Virus record (IMG/VR): IMGVR_UViG_3300009158_003015
Location: 1-27,903 of that record
Source of the DNA: a virus
Lineage: Duplodnaviria; Caudoviricetes
Strand: one strand, 5' to 3'
Length of the DNA: 27,903 nucleotides
Position 1 is the first letter of the stretch. Every line of letters starts with the position of its first letter. Made by a program: the position numbers and the translations under genes. Below, in pieces: positions 7,185-13,391 of the stretch. The notes under the pieces are model-generated. The model saw nothing but the letters and a program-made list of their open reading frames with translations, did not search any database and had not been told where the DNA came from.

Positions 7185-7751
7185 TTAGAGTGGTTTGAAG
7201 CCATTATAAGGTTCGGTCTTAGCTGCATCTAAACTAATTGTTTTCCACCAACTGCCTCTTTTTTGTAACACACCTTCTGCGCCAGTTACTTCGCAAGTTT
7301 TACCAGATGCGATGTCAGCAAAGTGAACAATGCCGTCAATATAATCTGCGTAACGCTTATTGATAGCGTCAAGCTCTGGGTACTTTTTCGTTCCAACTAA
7401 AGAGAGGTTATCTTTACTGTACTCAAGATGATAGTAAAAGCGCAGCGTACCAAATTTCTCTTTGACTTGATCGGCTATTACTTGCGGAGCTGTAACGTTA
7501 AAAAAGTAACTAGCTTCGCCTGCTTTGTCGATATAAGGTGCAATGCCAAGTCTCTTGCCATCTTCTTCATCTACTCGTACAGCAGTAGAGTATGTGTAAG
7601 TAAGAGCTTCGCACAATACGTCAATGAGATCGTACCACCCATCTCCCACTTCTAAACCGAAAGCCATACAAGATTCTTGAGGCGATTTGCCAACGCCAAC
7701 GAAAATCTTTGGGTACTTGCGTAATAGTTTATCTTCTAGTTCAGCATTCAT
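7185..7751 (-). CDS. Conserved phage hypothetical protein (QVKEKFGTLRFY family)
   Basis: GDGWYDLI..QVKEKFGTLRFY..TCEVTG pattern, recognised from memory as common in phages. Confidence 0.75.
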   Translation of the reverse strand: MNAELEDKLLRKYPKIFVGVGKSPQESCMAFGLEVGDGWYDLIDVLCEALTYTYSTAVRVDEEDGKRLGIAPYIDKAGEASYFFNVTAPQVIADQVKEKFGTLRFYYHLEYSKDNLSLVGTKKYPELDAINKRYADYIDGIVHFADIASGKTCEVTGAEGVLQKRGSWWKTISLDAAKTEPYNGFKPL

Positions 7752-7957
7752 CGTAAATTTCCTCCATAATAATCAAACGTTTTTTCGAGATGATCTAAAG
7801 AATAGTTAGCGTCAGACATATCTCGCTTTTCCCATTCAGTTAAGCGCTTTTTGCTTCTATATTTCTTAACGCATTCGCGCAAACAAAGAATAGAATCTTT
7901 GAGAGAAGCTCTTGCGATACCATCTGCTGTCTCGCCATCAATTTGTACTTTGTCCAT
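7748..7957 (-). CDS. Hypothetical protein
   Basis: 69 aa; ATGA overlap with the downstream ORF. Confidence 0.65.
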   Translation of the reverse strand: MDKVQIDGETADGIARASLKDSILCLRECVKKYRSKKRLTEWEKRDMSDANYSLDHLEKTFDYYGGNLR

Positions 7958-7969
7958 TTTAATTATTTT

Positions 7970-8185
7970 TTAATCGTTACCGATAAGCGAAGTCGTTTCG
8001 CGAATCTCTTTGCGAATCTCGCTCAACTCTTGCTCATACGAGCTTTCTGCGCTGAGACCATACTTAATGATGCTTCTCAGTCTAGTCTCGATATCGTAAA
8101 GCGCGCACCAAGCTGCACCAGCGTTAACAGCTCTAACGTGCTCGCGATCCTCTTCTGGTAAGTTGAACTCTAATATAGCTTTCAT
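7970..8185 (-). CDS. Phage hypothetical protein (MKAILEFNLPED type)
   Basis: Start moved to 8185, giving an ATGA overlap with ORF 8182..8379. Confidence 0.7.
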   Translation of the reverse strand: MKAILEFNLPEEDREHVRAVNAGAAWCALYDIETRLRSIIKYGLSAESSYEQELSEIRKEIRETTSLIGND

Positions 8186-8379
8186 TTGTTTTCTAATTCG
8201 ATTAACCATTTGCTGTCGTTGTAAATATAATCCCAAAGAATTTCTTCTTGTGGAACGGTTAGGCCCATACTAGACGCTAACTCCGCAATTATTTTATCTT
8301 CTGCTTTTCTATTGTTGTCAATAGCTTTTTTGAAATCAGTAATAAATTTCTGATCTTTTTTGTTGATCTTGAGTTTCAT
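8182..8379 (-). CDS. Hypothetical protein
   Basis: 65 aa; ATGA overlaps on both sides. Confidence 0.65.
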   Translation of the reverse strand: MKLKINKKDQKFITDFKKAIDNNRKAEDKIIAELASSMGLTVPQEEILWDYIYNDSKWLIELENK

Positions 8380-8774
8380 GAATTTAAAATATTATAAAAT
8401 GATTCTGGTAAGGTAACGTTTTCTGGAATGTATTTGCCTTTGAATAAGTTTGCGATCTGATTTTCCGAGTACCCTGCGAGACCGCAGCCAATCTTTGTAA
8501 GTAAAAACTCGGTACTTGGATATTCCATCGCTTCAACAAGGAAACAATAAATGTAGTACTCGATGTTGTCAAGAGGAAGTGTGCGGATTTCTAAATCTTT
8601 TGTTGGAATCGCGTAGGTTTGCCCCTGTAGCCCGAAACCAACGCCGTTAACCGCGCCAAACTTTTCGCGCGCTAGTTTCGCTGCGCCAGCACCGTGAATG
8701 CCAGCCTCGTTAGAGCCAAACACAAATACTTGGTTTTTTTTGAGCTTTGTGATTTTATCTGGAGTGAATTTCAT
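8376..8774 (-). CDS. Macro/ADP-ribose-binding-like phage protein (FVFGSN..G.HGAGAA family)
   Basis: VFVFGSNEAGIHGAGAA..YAIPTK..TKIGCGLAG motifs resemble macrodomain glycine loops; start moved to MKFTPDK (8774), just after tRNA-Leu. Confidence 0.65.
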   Translation of the reverse strand: MKFTPDKITKLKKNQVFVFGSNEAGIHGAGAAKLAREKFGAVNGVGFGLQGQTYAIPTKDLEIRTLPLDNIEYYIYCFLVEAMEYPSTEFLLTKIGCGLAGYSENQIANLFKGKYIPENVTLPESFYNILNS

Positions 8775-8781
8775 TGTAAAT

Positions 8782-8867
8782 TGGTGGTGAAACTGGGACT
8801 CGAACCCAGACGGATTTACATCCAAAAGTTTTTAAGACTTTTGCGGCTACCATTACGCCATATCACC
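8782..8867 (-). tRNA. tRNA-Leu(UAA)
   Basis: GGTGATA-TG-GCGTAATGGTAGCCGC-A-AAAGT-CTTAAAA-ACTTT-long variable arm-CTGGG-TTCGAGT-CCCAG-TTTCACC-A-CCA; one U:U mismatch in the acceptor stem. Confidence 0.9.
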
Positions 8868-9296
8868 ATTTTTGTTTTTTCTTCCTCTATAATTTTCTGT
8901 TACAGAATGACAGTTAGGGCAGAGTAACTGAAGATTGTTTTTTTCATTATTCGATGCGTCGCCATCAATGTGGTGAACTTCCAGAGAGATTAGTTGATGC
9001 TGCCAATGTGTCAATTCGCATTTTTCACATTTATGACTTTTTTCTTTAATTAAATGTTTTTTTAAATGAACCGCTCTTGTGTACTTTGACCAATCTTTCG
9101 TTCTCTGATCTTTGCTCCAACCTTGTCCAGTCCAGTGAGAGGTATCGATATTTAATTTTTGGAGTTTTCTTTTCATGCTCCTGTAATTGCCTCCCACAGC
9201 AACTAAATTTAAACTTTTTAAAAGCCCAGCAATTGATTTTACGTTTTTGGCGTTATTGATTATGTCTTGATCGGAGTATTCTTTATATTTTCTCAT
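8853..9296 (-). CDS. HNH endonuclease (putative free-standing homing endonuclease)
   Basis: CEKC..LEVHHIDG..NN..NLQLLCPNCHS; the last four sense codons and the stop lie inside tRNA-Leu. Confidence 0.85.
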   Translation of the reverse strand: MRKYKEYSDQDIINNAKNVKSIAGLLKSLNLVAVGGNYRSMKRKLQKLNIDTSHWTGQGWSKDQRTKDWSKYTRAVHLKKHLIKEKSHKCEKCELTHWQHQLISLEVHHIDGDASNNEKNNLQLLCPNCHSVTENYRGRKNKNGDMA

Positions 9297-9305
9297 ATAA
9301 AGAGG

Positions 9306-9311
9306 TTACAC
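9306..9311 (-). promoter_or_regulatory. GTGTAA candidate late-promoter motif
   Basis: GTGTAA 9 nt upstream of ATG 9296. Confidence 0.4.
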
Positions 9312-9354
9312 GAAATGGCAAAGGAATAGAATGTCTTACTTGAGCGTATGCCAT

Positions 9355-9699
9355 TTATTCCAGCACTATGGTCTTGCGATTCAAATAGTCAATAGCTCTT
9401 CTCAAAATTCGCTCATCGTCATTGAATCTGCCAAGAGCAAGATTGCAATTATTACATATGTAGCCGCGAAACTCATGAGAAAAATGGCAGTGATCCAATA
9501 TCCAATCGCTTGTAAAATTTGAGCAAATTGGACATTCAGCAGCTTTGGGAGGTGGATTTTCATCTTTTAATTTTTTTCTGAGAACGGATAATTCTTTGCA
9601 GCAAACTGCGCAAGTGTTTTTTCTGCCGCCAGTTGACGAGGCGAAAAATTGGAACTGTTCAATTTCTTTTTTCTCCCCGCATTTGCGGCATAGCTTCAT
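9355..9699 (-). CDS. Recombination endonuclease VII-like nuclease
   Basis: CRKC..CAVC zinc finger, CPIC..LDHCH..FRGYICNNCNLALGRFND. Confidence 0.8.
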   Translation of the reverse strand: MKLCRKCGEKKEIEQFQFFASSTGGRKNTCAVCCKELSVLRKKLKDENPPPKAAECPICSNFTSDWILDHCHFSHEFRGYICNNCNLALGRFNDDERILRRAIDYLNRKTIVLE

Positions 9700-9705
9700 T
9701 GAATC

Positions 9706-9733
9706 ATGTTAGTCTTTAAGGTTGGGGTTTCAA
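9706..9733 (-). promoter_or_regulatory. sigma70-like promoter, probably leaderless
   Basis: TTGAAA-16nt-TAACAT, then 6 nt to ATG 9699. Confidence 0.5.
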
Positions 9734-9744
9734 GATAGAAAAAG

Positions 9745-9954
9745 TTAGCTTTTATAAAAATATTCAAAAGCTAATTCGATTGCGTTGTAAAAACCTGCAT
9801 CAATCAAAGCGTCGCTGTTCACATCGTAATTCTTTTTGATCAACCGAATAAGTTTTGGATGTTTTTTATTGATCTGCAACAGCAACTGTTTCTTATTTTC
9901 TTTGATTAACTTTTGAATATCTTTGCGAGCTTCTTTAACTTGTTTTTTAGTCAT
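9745..9954 (-). CDS. Small basic hypothetical protein
   Basis: 69 aa Lys-rich ORF. Confidence 0.6.
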   Translation of the reverse strand: MTKKQVKEARKDIQKLIKENKKQLLLQINKKHPKLIRLIKKNYDVNSDALIDAGFYNAIELAFEYFYKS

Positions 9955-9971
9955 GATTGGAATAAAATTTA

Positions 9972-10070
9972 TTCAAGTAGATGTTCGGTGTATTTGTCAA
10001 TTTCCGCACCGTAGTAATCAGCCTCAGACATATTGGGCGATTATTTTCATTAAACGGGTATCTACTTGAA
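9972..10070. ncRNA. Candidate structured ncRNA 1 (99 nt, long closing stem)
   Basis: TTCAAGTAGAT (9972-9982) pairs with ATCTACTTGAA (10060-10070), extendable by G-U pairs on the plus strand; internal hairpins CGGTG/CACCG and TAATC-A-GCC/GGC-GATTA. Confidence 0.45.
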
Positions 10071-10077
10071 AATTAGA

Positions 10078-10193
10078 TAGAATCGTATAGGCCGCAAAAA
10101 CTTCAAGAGTCTTTGGGTCTTGTCGTCCGTCGCACCTTGCGAAGTCCAATTTGGCTGAAAGATCAGCATCATGTAACCTCTGATACGATTCTA
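10078..10193. ncRNA. Candidate structured ncRNA 2 (116 nt, long closing stem)
   Basis: TAGAATCGTAT (10078-10088) pairs with ATACGATTCTA (10183-10193); internal hairpins TCGCA/TGCGA, GCTGA/TCAGC, CAAGA/TCTTG; lies 3 nt past the tRNA-Ile CCA end. Confidence 0.45.
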
Positions 10194-10196
10194 AAG

Positions 10197-10273
10197 TGGT
10201 AGTCTCGCTGGGATTTGAACCCAGAACCTAACCCTTATAAAGGATTTGCTCTAACCAGTTGAGCTACGAGACA
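10197..10273 (-). tRNA. tRNA-Ile(UAU)
   Basis: TGTCTCG-TA-GCTC-AACTGGTTA-GAGC-A-AATCC-TTTATAA-GGGTT-AGGTT-CTGGG-TTCAAAT-CCCAG-CGAGACT-A-CCA; U1:U72 mismatch. Confidence 0.88.
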
Positions 10274-10320
10274 ATAAATCAAAAAACATTGTAATCTACT
10301 TCGACTCTTCTGCCCTTAAC

Positions 10321-10348
10321 ATTATCACAGTCTAGGAGCGTTTGTCAA
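10321..10348 (-). promoter_or_regulatory. sigma70-like promoter for tRNA-Ile and downstream elements
   Basis: TTGACA-16nt-GATAAT; the -35 box overlaps the TGA stop of HNH 10345..10872. Confidence 0.65.
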
Positions 10349-10872
10349 GTGTTGAACGACGAATTAACAACATTTTTTAGAGTCAAAAATCCATTGTCAA
10401 GCTCCCAGTGGCAGTTCGGGCATAACAAAATTAGATTTTCTTTTGAGTTGATGTCTTTTATTTTTGTTTTTAAATCAAAATCTCTTATGGCTTTTACGTG
10501 GCAAACTTCAACGTGCTTTGAGTAGTTGCAGTTTTTGCAACACCTTGGAGCGTCTCTCATTACTCTATGAGCGTGTTGCCTAATATGATCATATCGATTA
10601 GCTCCCTTGTGTTTTTTCAAAGACACTTCTTCTTCAAGAGTCCTGTTTTCAACCGGACCATTCTCACTGTAATGAACTTTATTTACTATGCAAGTTTCGC
10701 AAAAGAAACGGCCCGACTTAACGAGATTATCGCAATTCTTACATTTACGCAGTCTTTTCCTTTTTGGAAACAACTTGTTGTTGTGAACGGCAGCACAAGA
10801 TTTAGTGCAAAATTTGCTTTGCTTGCTGGGGTTAGCAAAGTCTGTTTTACAATTTAAACAAACGTGCTGCAT
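10345..10872 (-). CDS. HNH endonuclease with N-terminal zinc fingers
   Basis: CLNC..FCTKSC..CKNC..EVCHVKAI..NLILLCPNCHWELD. Confidence 0.85.
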   Translation of the reverse strand: MQHVCLNCKTDFANPSKQSKFCTKSCAAVHNNKLFPKRKRLRKCKNCDNLVKSGRFFCETCIVNKVHYSENGPVENRTLEEEVSLKKHKGANRYDHIRQHAHRVMRDAPRCCKNCNYSKHVEVCHVKAIRDFDLKTKIKDINSKENLILLCPNCHWELDNGFLTLKNVVNSSFNT

Positions 10873-10877
10873 TATTG

Positions 10878-11045
10878 TTAATCATTTTCTTCTGAAAGAG
10901 TTTCCATAGCTCCATAGCCAAACTCAGTCATAGAATCTTCTAATTCTCTTGGGTTTACCCCGTTTAGCTCCGAAGGCTCAAACCATACTATAGCATAGCC
11001 TTCATTGCGAAGATCTTTAATCATTTTAAATTGATATGGATTCAT
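10878..11045 (-). CDS. Small hypothetical protein (55 aa)
   Basis: Below the ORF-track cutoff; MNPYQFKMIKDLRNEGYAIVWFEPSELNGVNPRELEDSMTEFGYGAMETLSEEND fills the gap between tRNA-Arg and the HNH gene. Confidence 0.65.
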   Translation of the reverse strand: MNPYQFKMIKDLRNEGYAIVWFEPSELNGVNPRELEDSMTEFGYGAMETLSEEND

Positions 11046-11055
11046 TTTAGTAAAT

Positions 11056-11132
11056 TGGTGCGAGGACCGAGAATCGAACTCGGAACCAGCAGTTTAGAAA
11101 ACTGCGGCTCTATCCAGTTGAGCTATCCCCGC
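11056..11132 (-). tRNA. tRNA-Arg(UCU)
   Basis: GCGGGGA-TA-GCTC-AACTGGATA-GAGC-C-GCAGT-TTTCTAA-ACTGC-TGGTT-CCGAG-TTCGATT-CTCGG-TCCTCGC-A-CCA. Confidence 0.92.
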
Positions 11133-11153
11133 AAAATTAGCTGCTGATTTTAA

Positions 11154-11396
11154 TTAATTTAAAACTTGCTCTTGGGGCTGATTCTTTGAGCGTTCACGCT
11201 CTCTGGCAAGACGACGCATTTGATTCTGATACTTGCGATCTTTCTTTTCGTCGTAACTTAAAGCAGCTTTGAACTCATCATGATACTTGGCAAGGATAAA
11301 GTTATAAGTCTTTATCGTAGAGGCGGCAACTGCCGCATCGGAAAACCCGTTGAAAAAATCAACAGAGTTGCTGGGGAAGGGAGCGTTTTCGTCCAT
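11154..11396 (-). CDS. Hypothetical protein
   Basis: Start moved to MDENAPF (11396), because a promoter occupies the longer ORF's 5' part. Confidence 0.6.
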   Translation of the reverse strand: MDENAPFPSNSVDFFNGFSDAAVAASTIKTYNFILAKYHDEFKAALSYDEKKDRKYQNQMRRLARERERSKNQPQEQVLN

Positions 11397-11423
11397 GTTA
11401 ATGATTGATGATTTGATTTGTAA

Positions 11424-11452
11424 AAGATGCTCAGCGAACAATGTTTCGTCAA
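11424..11452 (-). promoter_or_regulatory. sigma70-like promoter
   Basis: TTGACG-17nt-CATCTT with upstream A/T tracts. Confidence 0.5.
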
Positions 11453-11488
11453 GCGATTTCTGCAAGTTTTTGAAACTTTTTTTTCAAT

Positions 11489-11683
11489 TTATTTTAGTCG
11501 GTTGTTGAACGCTTTTGAGCATAACTTGGCTCCAGCAATTTTGAGCCGAGCTTCGGCCCATTTTAACTGAACGAAACAGTCTTTGCAGACGTAGCCAACA
11601 TCAGTGTCTTCGCGACACTCTTCAACGCTTGGGTCGAATTGGTAATCGCAGCATTGGCAAATAACGATTGTTGGCGCGCTCAT
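11489..11683 (-). CDS. Small zinc-finger-like protein
   Basis: CQCC..CKDC; start moved to MSAPT (11683), ATGA overlap. Confidence 0.65.
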   Translation of the reverse strand: MSAPTIVICQCCDYQFDPSVEECREDTDVGYVCKDCFVQLKWAEARLKIAGAKLCSKAFNNRLK

Positions 11684-12033
11684 TGCCAAGTGCGATGCTT
11701 TTCCGCGATCCATTCGCTGCCATCATAATCTTTCAGCTCCCAATCAACATCGCAAGGAACCTTTACAATCTTTAGCGTGCTAAACGAATCAGCAGATTCT
11801 TCCATTCCAATCTCTTCAACCGCTTTTATCAAAGCGGGGTCGTCACGCTGCACTTCGTGGTCGCTAAAATACACGCCGTTAACATAAAAAATCAATGAGC
11901 GTTTAGAGAAAAGCGAATTTTTCTTTTCGATGGCGAACTTTAAACCTTTCTTATTCAGATACAGTTCGATAGCTTTGTCGCTTAAACCGAAGCCGCCAAA
12001 GTCAGTATTGATTAATATTTTGCGATTTTTCAT
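11680..12033 (-). CDS. Conserved phage hypothetical protein (GGFGLS..RDDP.L..YDG.EW type)
   Basis: Start moved to MKNRKILIN (12033), just after the tRNA-Thr CCA. Confidence 0.75.
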   Translation of the reverse strand: MKNRKILINTDFGGFGLSDKAIELYLNKKGLKFAIEKKNSLFSKRSLIFYVNGVYFSDHEVQRDDPALIKAVEEIGMEESADSFSTLKIVKVPCDVDWELKDYDGSEWIAEKHRTWQ

Positions 12034-12039
12034 AATTTT

Positions 12040-12115
12040 TGGAGCCTCTAGTCGGATTCGAACCAAACGACCTACAGTTTACAAAACTGTTGCACTACCA
12101 CTGTGCTATAGAGGC
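12040..12115 (-). tRNA. tRNA-Thr(UGU)
   Basis: GCCTCTA-TA-GCAC-AGTGGTA-GTGC-A-ACAGT-TTTGTAA-ACTGT-AGGTC-GTTTGG-TTCGAAT-CCGAC-TAGAGGC-T-CCA; one extra nt in the 5' T-stem. Confidence 0.88.
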
Positions 12116-12203
12116 GGGTTATTTTTTAATAAAATAATTTGGTTTCTGCAATAACTTTATGGTTAGCAATATAAATAGTAAGATGCTAAATAAAGACATT
12201 CAA

Positions 12204-12209
12204 GTGTAA
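12204..12209 (+). promoter_or_regulatory. GTGTAA candidate late-promoter motif
   Basis: GTGTAA 8 nt upstream of ATG 12218, the only plus-strand gene in this region. Confidence 0.45.
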
Positions 12210-12217
12210 AATAAAAT

Positions 12218-12481
12218 ATGGTTAGTCCTCGTCTTCTTCAAGCAGAGATTCACAGCAACTTTAGTGTTGTTTCTGGCGATTGGGCAGCGTACAAAACCCA
12301 GATAACTGGACTATACTCTGCCACTGGTTACGCTGCGAGCGGCAACGCAACGTTTGGAGACTTTTCCGACCATTTGATTAGAGAGTTTAACAGCAAAATC
12401 ATAGAGCTTGGTATGCCAACGGGATTAACGATACGGCCCTATGATGCTGGTTACAGATTAACTGGAATTAGCTTACTTTAA
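12218..12481 (+). CDS. Hypothetical protein, possibly late/virion-associated
   Basis: 87 aa in an otherwise empty interval; SG/TG-rich like the tail proteins; preceded by GTGTAA. Confidence 0.65.
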   Translation: MVSPRLLQAEIHSNFSVVSGDWAAYKTQITGLYSATGYAASGNATFGDFSDHLIREFNSKIIELGMPTGLTIRPYDAGYRLTGISLL

Positions 12482-12793
12482 CTCTTTGCTCTTAACGTAA
12501 GCTGACATGAGAACGCAGTAGTTCATAATGTCGAGGATAGCGTCTTCATAGCTTTCGTTCTTAACGGCCAATTTGCCATCATTTGCGAAAGTTGAGAGTC
12601 GGGAAACCTTGTCAATGATTCTAACAAGGAATCCCTGCTCTGCGGAACAAACGCCCATTGACTCGCATCGTTGGAAGTTTGCGAATGGCTGCTCTCCGCC
12701 ACTGCCAGCATAATCATTGTTCTTCATTCTCATGATAGCGAGCGCCTTATCAGTTAACTCAACATGATGAGCAAATAGCTGTTCTCTATTCAT
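12473..12793 (-). CDS. DUF1599 / nucleotide-modification-associated (MazG-like helical) protein
   Basis: KNNDYAG..PFANF..LVRIIDKVSRL..NESYEDAILDIMNY pattern. Confidence 0.65.
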   Translation of the reverse strand: MNREQLFAHHVELTDKALAIMRMKNNDYAGSGGEQPFANFQRCESMGVCSAEQGFLVRIIDKVSRLSTFANDGKLAVKNESYEDAILDIMNYCVLMSAYVKSKELK

Positions 12794-12801
12794 GTTGATT
12801 T

Positions 12802-13125
12802 TTAATTAATTGATTTTAGCGCAGCGCGAAACTTATTCAGAACCATATAGAATTTTGTTTCTCTATCTGTGGGTGCTGGGATAATAGAGCGCGCCGTTTG
12901 TCCGCAATCGCTAAGAGCAGCGTGAACAATAACATAAACGTCGTCAGAGCGAGAACTTTCTTGCGAGAGGCACTGAAGCGCCCATGTTACTGAGTTCTGT
13001 AGCGTGAGGTCGTAGAAGTTTAAGCAAGTTTTAAGCGAACCATCTTGCTGGAGACTCCAAACCTCAAGCCAATTCAAGTTAGGCTTAATGTCTGAACTCA
13101 AAGGAGTAAATGTTTCTTTATTCAT
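12802..13125 (-). CDS. Hypothetical protein
   Basis: 107 aa; tiles with neighbours (TAATG overlap). Confidence 0.65.
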   Translation of the reverse strand: MNKETFTPLSSDIKPNLNWLEVWSLQQDGSLKTCLNFYDLTLQNSVTWALQCLSQESSRSDDVYVIVHAALSDCGQTARSIIPAPTDRETKFYMVLNKFRAALKSIN

Positions 13126-13385
13126 TAGTCAGTGGTAGTGTGGAATTGTTTGGCGCGAGCCAGCATGAAATCGTGAATGAAGTGGCGAGTTTCCCTGTCG
13201 AGAAGACGCCCGTTCTCTTGAGGAAGTCCCTTGATGACCTCCTCAAAGCTCAAGCCAAAAGCGAGAGCGAGACCTTTAATCTTTCGATAAATGCCGATTT
13301 CCTTATACTTGAGCATCGCAAATGAGATGTCGAGTTCAGTCTCGGAAGCGTTCTCTAGCTTTTCAACTAGTGGATTTTTATTCAT
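13125..13385 (-). CDS. Hypothetical protein
   Basis: 86 aa directly downstream of rIIB. Confidence 0.7.
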   Translation of the reverse strand: MNKNPLVEKLENASETELDISFAMLKYKEIGIYRKIKGLALAFGLSFEEVIKGLPQENGRLLDRETRHFIHDFMLARAKQFHTTTD

Positions 13386-13391
13386 AATAAA

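Noticed and set aside
8775-8825. N-terminal extension of ORF 8376..8825 (likewise ORF 11680..12066)
   Set aside because: The extensions run through tRNA genes; downstream ATGs just after the CCA ends are more plausible.
8782-9370. Group I intron or split tRNA carrying the HNH gene
   Set aside because: tRNA-Leu is contiguous and complete; the D-arm-like GTGCTGGAAT..GGCATAC upstream of the HNH has no matching stems.
9966-10074. AATT..GTAGAT resemblance to a Cas12a direct repeat or mini-CRISPR
   Set aside because: The copies are inverted rather than direct, the TCTAC/GTAGA hairpin within a single repeat is absent, and there is no repeat-spacer periodicity or cas gene in view.
9972-10193. Retron msr/msd, hammerhead ribozyme, or protein-coding interpretation
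   Set aside because: No reverse transcriptase in the window; no CUGANGA..GAAA core; the open minus-strand frame has no convincing start outside the tRNA.
11056-11132. Suppressor tRNA (CUA) or stop-codon recoding
   Set aside because: The 7 nt loop TTTCTAA centres on TCT (Arg); genes translate fully in code 11 and end in TAA, TAG and TGA.
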